Origin: an uncultured Candidatus Poseidoniales archaeon
Lineage (GTDB): Archaea; Thermoplasmatota; Poseidoniia; Poseidoniales; Thalassarchaeaceae
Reading direction: 5' to 3'
Assembly (NCBI GenBank): GCA_964645485.1
Contig: CAZXZO010000003.1
Span: forward strand, 102,580-140,423
DNA length: 37,844 bases
Shown: in pieces, positions 31,782-37,844 of the stretch
How positions within the stretch are numbered: the first letter of the stretch is position 1
Layout: every line of letters begins with the position of its first letter
Notes under the pieces: model-generated
Database searches by the model: none
Told to the model about the DNA's origin: nothing
The model's input: the letters and a program-made list of their open reading frames with translations, nothing else
Position numbers and translations under genes: made by a program

Positions 31782-34593
31782 GAATTTGCGACTAATTGCA
31801 TTGCTACTTGTATTCATTTTATGTGTCACTACTTTCACTTGCCCGACCGCACTTGAAAATGAAGAAAACAGAAATTGGTCAGTTGAATCTGCTTCACTTG
31901 ACATCATTATTCTAGACAATAACGGACTTCCAGTGTCTGGTGCTGTCGTGACAGTTACTGACGCCTGGACAGGCTTGACTGTTGCAGGCCCTGAAACCTT
32001 GATGGGTAGTAGATTGGTGTTTGATGATCTCTCTGCAGGCCCAGTTAGAATCACGGTTACCCATTCCAATTACGCAAGTGGAATGGGATTTGTTCAATTG
32101 CTGGCTGATGAGGTTTTTGAAACAGATGTAACACTAATTCCATTAGATGAAACTCTCAACATTTCGGGTACTGCTGGAAGTGATATTTCCCTTTCACTGA
32201 TGGGTCACTCCGAGCAATTACATACAACTCTCAATGCCACAGGTAACGCCACCTTGGCAGTTCCAACTGGCGGTTCAGGATGGATTTCAGCGGCAAATGA
32301 TAACGATGCATCCTTGATTCGTTGGAATGGTGAAGATACAATCACAATTTCAGATAATGGAACAATGCGGGTATTTGGGTGGCCTGAAAATGCAAGTGAG
32401 ACTGGAGTATTGCGCATTGAACATCAACCATCCGGTTATTGGGAGTTAGTTGAATGGAGTGGAGAAGTTGATGAAAATCTTCCAAGAACCTACGAGGGCG
32501 AATGGAAAATCTACAATTCAGAAGAAGGAATCCGAATCGGCCAACCAATCTCAAGTAATGATTCAAGCCAACTCAACGTCACAAGCCTACTGACAAATCA
32601 AGATGAGACACCAAGTCCGAAATGGGAAGGACACGGGTACCTAAACATGACTAGTGCACCGGAAAAAGGGGAGACGTTCAACTTAACTTGGGAGGCGAGT
32701 TTTTCCATCCCTACTGACTTTGGTACAGCACAAATCCCTGACCGCTCACTTGGACTAATCGGACAAATAGACCGGTGGTTCGGTAATAGTGATGGCAACC
32801 TTGGGTTTGGCGAACAGGCTGGATTTTCGATGTTTCATGGAGCAAATATGTGGGTTGAGAGCAACCATCTTTTCCTCTTTGATGAACATCCACTTCATGG
32901 GGTAGTCAATCGAAGTGATTTTTCTGTGACTCAAAATGAAAGCATCGGGGCTGGCTACTACAGTTGGAATGAGACGGCATTGTTGCAAGGTGAGGCTGCA
33001 TTTGGTAGTAGCCGAATTTTCTGGTTCCCGGTCCGTGGTGACGCTTTAGAATCAATTCCTATTACAGTAAATCTGCCATCAGGTTGGGAAGTCAGATACA
33101 GTCCACAAATTGATTTACTTACTGGCAACCAATCAACATTCACTGTGAATCGGTCTCTTTCGCCGACTGTAGGTATGTGGACTGTAACAGTTGGACCTAA
33201 TCAGGCACCAATAGCTGAAGCCACTTTGGAACAGCGCTCTGGATTAGCAATTCCATTGAGCGGAAATGTGACTTTGACTAGTGAATGCAGCGATTCAGGA
33301 ATGTCGGAATTATCGAGTCATTGGGAATTGAGGAAAGCGGGAGAAATTCAAGCGGAGTCAGAAAATGGTTCATTCACATTTATTCCAGAAAGCATAAATT
33401 ATTCACACAGTAATGTGGTGAATGCCACATTGACGTGTAGTGACTGGGATGGAGCGAATTCTAATTGGTGGATTGATTTGTATGTTGATGGTGAGATGCC
33501 AATGGCTAGCATCAACGCGACAGAAGAGGCTGGCGGACAGATTCCACCTTTCTTCCACTATTTAGGAGAAGTTGGAGAATTTGAGGTTAGAGCGGGCTCT
33601 CTTCTGACTATGATTGCTGATACCGAAGATGACTCCGGAGCGGCTGTAAGTGTAATCTGGCGTTCAAATAAATCACAAGGTTGGGAGCAACATGATATTG
33701 GATTTGCAGACCAATTTAACCAAGGCAATGAAGTGAACTGGATGCATATGTCAGTTGAAGAAAGACACTTACAACGAGAGTTAACTGTCTATTCATTAGA
33801 AATGGAATTGATTGATGGGGCAGGAAATAGTAACGTTTCAAGTTGGAATATCACAATGTTAGATGGCACTCCACCAACCATCACTGCCGAGGTGATGGTT
33901 GATGGCAATCCAATCGGACCACTAAATCCTGCTATGCAGGAAAGTGAAATTATACTGAATTTGACTCGCTCCTTTGATGATATTGACGCCATTGAGAATA
34001 CAGTGTGGGCGATTTTCTTAGACAATAGTCTACTACTTGCCAACGGAACATGGGATGAAGCAAGAATATTCCAATTGCCTCAAATGGAAGTAGGAACTCA
34101 TGAATTAAAATTGTACGCAATGGACAGTTCAGGAAATGTCCGTGAGGTGATTTCCAACCCGGTTGTTGAACCACAAGTTCCAGCGTCTATCAGTGGTGTT
34201 GAAATCAATGTAGATGGAACTCCAGTCGTAGGAGATTCTGGCTTGATTTCAGTCACAGTTGCTAACATCGGTTCAACGAATGCAAAAGTCACAGCCTGTT
34301 ACCATGAACAATGTAGTAGGGAATGGGATTCTGGTGAAGCAACTGCGGAAAAACCTGCAACAGTGATTCTACCCTTGGAAGTTAGTGAGTTTAAACGCGG
34401 TGAAATAAGTGTAGAAGTTACTTGGACTGACCAAGTTACTGGAGAAGGTGGTACTTTCACAGTAAAAAGCGACATCTCACCTAAATCACCGTGGGCCGAT
34501 ATGGCTGACGAAGCAATAGTTGTCATTTTAATCTCCCTTTTTGGATTTTTAATGTATAGAAATAAACCAGAAAAAGACGATACTCCATTCTAA
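31771..34593 (+). CDS. ~940-aa membrane-anchored surface glycoprotein with Ig-like (CnaB/PKD/CARDB-like) domains
   Basis: N-terminal hydrophobic signal, DNNGLPVSGAVVTV, NQAPIA and ISVTVANIG. C-terminal TM AIVVILISLFGFLMY followed by RNK. About 25 N-x-S/T sequons. Start uncertain. Confidence 0.8.
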   Translation: MESENLRLIALLLVFILCVTTFTCPTALENEENRNWSVESASLDIIILDNNGLPVSGAVVTVTDAWTGLTVAGPETLMGSRLVFDDLSAGPVRITVTHSNYASGMGFVQLLADEVFETDVTLIPLDETLNISGTAGSDISLSLMGHSEQLHTTLNATGNATLAVPTGGSGWISAANDNDASLIRWNGEDTITISDNGTMRVFGWPENASETGVLRIEHQPSGYWELVEWSGEVDENLPRTYEGEWKIYNSEEGIRIGQPISSNDSSQLNVTSLLTNQDETPSPKWEGHGYLNMTSAPEKGETFNLTWEASFSIPTDFGTAQIPDRSLGLIGQIDRWFGNSDGNLGFGEQAGFSMFHGANMWVESNHLFLFDEHPLHGVVNRSDFSVTQNESIGAGYYSWNETALLQGEAAFGSSRIFWFPVRGDALESIPITVNLPSGWEVRYSPQIDLLTGNQSTFTVNRSLSPTVGMWTVTVGPNQAPIAEATLEQRSGLAIPLSGNVTLTSECSDSGMSELSSHWELRKAGEIQAESENGSFTFIPESINYSHSNVVNATLTCSDWDGANSNWWIDLYVDGEMPMASINATEEAGGQIPPFFHYLGEVGEFEVRAGSLLTMIADTEDDSGAAVSVIWRSNKSQGWEQHDIGFADQFNQGNEVNWMHMSVEERHLQRELTVYSLEMELIDGAGNSNVSSWNITMLDGTPPTITAEVMVDGNPIGPLNPAMQESEIILNLTRSFDDIDAIENTVWAIFLDNSLLLANGTWDEARIFQLPQMEVGTHELKLYAMDSSGNVREVISNPVVEPQVPASISGVEINVDGTPVVGDSGLISVTVANIGSTNAKVTACYHEQCSREWDSGEATAEKPATVILPLEVSEFKRGEISVEVTWTDQVTGEGGTFTVKSDISPKSPWADMADEAIVVILISLFGFLMYRNKPEKDDTPF

Positions 34594-34708
34594 TCTTAGT
34601 TTCCCCTGTCAAGTATTTCCAACCTAGGAAGAAATAACCTCAGGTGGTTCGTTTGTCCAACCAAGAAAGGGAGCACCTTATTGAGAACCTAGCCACCGTC
34701 GCGAAGCG

Positions 34709-36463
34709 ATGTCAGAGGTTGAGGGGGTTGAGGATGTTGACTCTATACTCTCAAAATCATTAGCACTGCAACGTAATAGATTAGAAATGCTAGGCATCGT
34801 TTCAGCGATTTCTTTGGTGGCGGCTGCTGCATGGTATGTTTGGCCAGGTATTGATGGCAGAGCAGAATTCATGCCCCGATTTGGCCCTGGACTTATCCTG
34901 ATGGTTTTGGCTTTAGCAATGCAGGACTTTGTTGATTATGGGCCAAAACATCGCTCAAGATTAGGCTCACTTACGGCCGCCGCTTGGGCCCCAATGCTAC
35001 TACTTGGAGTCAGTTCTTTTGACACTGAACTTGAGACTAGTGTGAGGTTAGGACATGCTTTGCTAGGAGGAATTGGGTTGTCGTGTTACCTATTTTCGAC
35101 TAGCGTGCTAACCGGAACCTTGCAGGCAGTTAGGTTCCGCGGTTTAGTACAACTCCTTGGGGCTACATCTGCTACTGCACTATTGTTGTCAAACCCATCA
35201 GAAGGAGTTGTGATGATTGCATCAACCGGAATCTGTGCCCTCGCTTTTGGTGTTGCTCTGTTTGATATATTTGGCAAAGACCCGGATAGAGAAGCACGTA
35301 AAAAATTCAAGAAGTTACGTGATGCACTTGAACTGCGTATTCTAGAATTACGGGCTCAAGGTATACAAGTTGACCAAGCCGCCTCGTTACTACAAAATGC
35401 AACCGAGGCGGGTTATACAGACCCTGATGAAGCGATGACAATTATGCATCTTGCAGAAGATGATATTGAGCGGACATTGGCTATGTCTAGCGATATTACT
35501 GATATTCGCGATGATGCGGCAACAGCAGTTTCACAAGCAGATGATATTGCTCCAACTGCGAAAAAAGCATTGCGACTCTTAACCCAAGGTGACAGAGAAA
35601 TGGAACTTGGCTCACTAAGAGAAGCCGAGATGTTGTTTAGAAAAGCCAAGACTCATGCCGGTGAAATCATTGAGTTCTGGACCCAAGCAGAAACCGCAAT
35701 ATCAGATGCAAAGAGAGCACTATCTGGTTGTGAGGGTGTACAATATGATCCACTCTTTAACAGTGTGAAAAATGCCGAAGAGGCATTGGAAAGAGAAGCG
35801 CCAGCAGAAGCGGCTGGATTGGTGATGGCTGTTCCAGAGCATGTAGAAAACCTCGGTGAAACCGAAACGGGGGCAGAGGAAGTCGTTGAAGAAGCAAGCA
35901 GGGCTGTTGAAGCGGCTAGCGGAATCGATGATACTGACTTTGCCGCTAGACTAGAACAAGCCAACAAAGCGCTGAAAGAGGGTGACTTCTCACTTGCAAG
36001 AGGTATGGCTGACTCGGTTATTCGTGAGGTTACACGCGAGGCTGAAGCGATGGTTGAGGTGCAGAGAGCATGGCGGCAACGCAAGAAATTAGTCGCTCAG
36101 TGGAGTGATTGGGCTGATGCCAAGGAATGGGATGGCCGGTTGGAAGAAGTTGGGAAGGCCCGCAAAGACAAGCAATGGTCACATGCGGCAATGCTGCTAG
36201 AAAATATCACGAGAGAACTCGATGCTGAAAGCGCACAAACCGGTGAAGCAACTGAGTTACTAGAATTCTTACAAGGTGAATGGCGAGGGGTTCGTGACCG
36301 TCTTCAAGCGGCTGGAATCAAGGTCAAAGATGCGGAAAGAAACGCTTGTGAGGCGACTATTGGGGAAGCAGTAGCAGCACTTGACAAGGGTGATATTGAC
36401 ACCTGCCTAGGTAAACTCGGTGAGGCTGACCAAATGATGGAAGCGCTTCGCAGAAGAATCTGA
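34709..36463 (+). CDS. Membrane protein with ~6 N-terminal TM helices and six three-helix repeats
   Basis: Hydrophobic aa ~25-190 followed by A/E/L-rich helical repeats of about 62-70 aa. Confidence 0.75.
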   Translation: MSEVEGVEDVDSILSKSLALQRNRLEMLGIVSAISLVAAAAWYVWPGIDGRAEFMPRFGPGLILMVLALAMQDFVDYGPKHRSRLGSLTAAAWAPMLLLGVSSFDTELETSVRLGHALLGGIGLSCYLFSTSVLTGTLQAVRFRGLVQLLGATSATALLLSNPSEGVVMIASTGICALAFGVALFDIFGKDPDREARKKFKKLRDALELRILELRAQGIQVDQAASLLQNATEAGYTDPDEAMTIMHLAEDDIERTLAMSSDITDIRDDAATAVSQADDIAPTAKKALRLLTQGDREMELGSLREAEMLFRKAKTHAGEIIEFWTQAETAISDAKRALSGCEGVQYDPLFNSVKNAEEALEREAPAEAAGLVMAVPEHVENLGETETGAEEVVEEASRAVEAASGIDDTDFAARLEQANKALKEGDFSLARGMADSVIREVTREAEAMVEVQRAWRQRKKLVAQWSDWADAKEWDGRLEEVGKARKDKQWSHAAMLLENITRELDAESAQTGEATELLEFLQGEWRGVRDRLQAAGIKVKDAERNACEATIGEAVAALDKGDIDTCLGKLGEADQMMEALRRRI

Positions 36464-36512
36464 ATTAATTGGCATCATTGAAATAGTGTCAATGCCAAGC
36501 AGTTAGTGATAA

Positions 36513-36528
36513 GAGCACCTCGGTGCTC
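36513..36528. promoter_or_regulatory. Palindrome GAGCACC-TC-GGTGCTC upstream of the nuclease gene
   Basis: Perfect 7-bp arms at -33..-18 of ATG 36546. Confidence 0.5.
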
Positions 36529-36545
36529 AATCAGAAGTTGGAAAA

Positions 36546-37832
36546 ATGATTGAAGCAACGCTTAATGAATGGAAGAAATGGTATGCTGAAAACCGCACCG
36601 AAGAGTGCAGAGCAATCGGCAAGAAACGCGAAGAACTTGACGATGATGAAGTCTTCATCAGATTGTGGAATTCGCAAGACGGAAAGCCTCCTGAGGGCGG
36701 GGAATCATTCAACGCTAAGGCTTGGAAAAAGCCTGGTTCTACACCCGCACCTGGTCTAGTAATTGTAACTGGTAAGGGTGAACCACCTCTAATACTCACC
36801 AATCAGAAGCGTCGAGAAGAGGCTGCTGAAGAAACTGAAAAGTGGCAGAAACAAAAATCCAAAAAAGCCAGCAAGGCAAAAGAATCGGATTCTGACCAGA
36901 AAAAGGCTGATGAGAAAGCAAAGAAGGAACCACCGACATCGCGCTATCTGAAGAAGCCATACCAATGGCGATGTCGTGATTGTGGTGAGGAATTTGATGC
37001 CACTAAACCTAAGGTTCACTGTAAGAGAAATCCTCGTCAGCGGGCTGAAGTCTCACGAGATTCAACAAAGTGGTTCAATCAGTTTCTTGAAGACGTAGAA
37101 TGGACATACATGCCTCACTGTGAAATCAGCACTGGGCTAATCGGAGTAATTGATGATGAAGAGGCTGATGCACTAGCCAAAGAGGCTGGAGAAAGTTTAG
37201 AGAAGATTCTGAATGGAGAAGAGATGACTGCGCCAAAATACTTTGATTTGTATAATGAAAGAACCAGATATTTGCGGGTTTCAGACCTTAAAGAACATTC
37301 CAAATTCAAGAGAGTTATCAATAGAATTGCTGGCTGGCGTAAAGCGAAACAAAAACCAGTAAGCAAGGCACCTTTGGGGGTTATTGAGATCGGTCATGCA
37401 TTTGACGAGTTTTTGGAGGAGACTTTTGAGAACATCCAATCAGATGACTGGGCGAAGGGCGAGAGAGTTCGCTTCGATTGTGAAGAGTTAGGTGTTAGTG
37501 TGGGTGGTACTCCCGACCTCAATTTCAAAGGGGTACCAGTAGAGACAAAGACACTACGAGTATTTCCTCACGAGGTCCCAGAAGACAAGAACCAGAAATC
37601 GATTTTCAAATACAAGTGGAAGAAGAATTATTCTAAGCAGGCTGCGCTTTATTTGCAAGGTGTTGACAATGAATTCATGCTGTTACTGTTGATTTCGCGT
37701 GAAAGCGGGGCTTTCACGGTGGTGCCGGTTGACGATGAAGCGATGGCTGGTATGCAAGAGAATTGGGTTGTGTGGGCGGAGGACTACGAGAAACAACTTG
37801 ATGCCTACAAGAAATTGATTGATGAAGAGTGA
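36546..37832 (+). CDS. PD-(D/E)xK nuclease of the Cas4/RecB-like group with an unknown N-terminal region and a zinc-ribbon-like motif
   Basis: GHAFDE, GTPDL (37506-37520), VETK (37539-37550) and QAALY (37638-37652). CRDC-x11-HC at 36972-37022. Confidence 0.75.
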   Translation: MIEATLNEWKKWYAENRTEECRAIGKKREELDDDEVFIRLWNSQDGKPPEGGESFNAKAWKKPGSTPAPGLVIVTGKGEPPLILTNQKRREEAAEETEKWQKQKSKKASKAKESDSDQKKADEKAKKEPPTSRYLKKPYQWRCRDCGEEFDATKPKVHCKRNPRQRAEVSRDSTKWFNQFLEDVEWTYMPHCEISTGLIGVIDDEEADALAKEAGESLEKILNGEEMTAPKYFDLYNERTRYLRVSDLKEHSKFKRVINRIAGWRKAKQKPVSKAPLGVIEIGHAFDEFLEETFENIQSDDWAKGERVRFDCEELGVSVGGTPDLNFKGVPVETKTLRVFPHEVPEDKNQKSIFKYKWKKNYSKQAALYLQGVDNEFMLLLLISRESGAFTVVPVDDEAMAGMQENWVVWAEDYEKQLDAYKKLIDEE

Positions 37833-37844
37833 CGCAGGCGGTAG

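Noticed and set aside
31755-37366. Minus-strand ORFs inside the surface, helical-repeat and nuclease genes
   Set aside because: They are antisense to long, compositionally coherent genes and have no independent signals.
36546-37832. Bona fide CRISPR-associated cas4, or a mobile-element gene
   Set aside because: There is no cas1/cas2 or array, no Fe-S Cys pattern and no integrase or att evidence on this side. Composition looks host-like.

Overview
This 37.8-kb window looks like chromosomal DNA of a marine Thermoplasmatota archaeon (Marine Group II/III-like). That is an inference from MC1 chromatin protein, Cdc48/VAT, NcsA, pyrBI, GAGGTGA ribosome-binding sites and large anchored Ig/lectin surface proteins. 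It holds about 30 supportable CDSs. Housekeeping genes: glpX, moaC/moaE, MC1, an actinobacterial-like three-gene succinate dehydrogenase, an aldehyde dehydrogenase, cdc48, ncsA and pyrBI. Poorly characterised genes: two giant surface proteins, a DUF4350-DUF58-membrane operon, a PRC-barrel protein, a Roadblock gene coupled to a 1071-aa Roadblock/coiled-coil protein, a membrane-anchored helical-repeat rod and a solo Cas4/RecB-like nuclease. I found no tRNA, rRNA, CRISPR array, transposase or integrase. The strongest candidate for an undescribed system is the Roadblock plus Roadblock/coiled-coil bicistron (24037-27604), a possible GTPase-linked polarity or cytoskeletal scaffold. Other highlights are a 67-bp triplication of the glpX 3' end with codon-structured differences, nested domain insertions in a TIGR03790 protein, a 33-aa CPxCG zinc-finger microprotein hidden in a shadow ORF, and a recurrent non-canonical TATA-position motif. 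All family assignments come from motif recognition by eye, with no database search. Many start codons were moved from the ORF track using RBS, overlap and promoter spacing.
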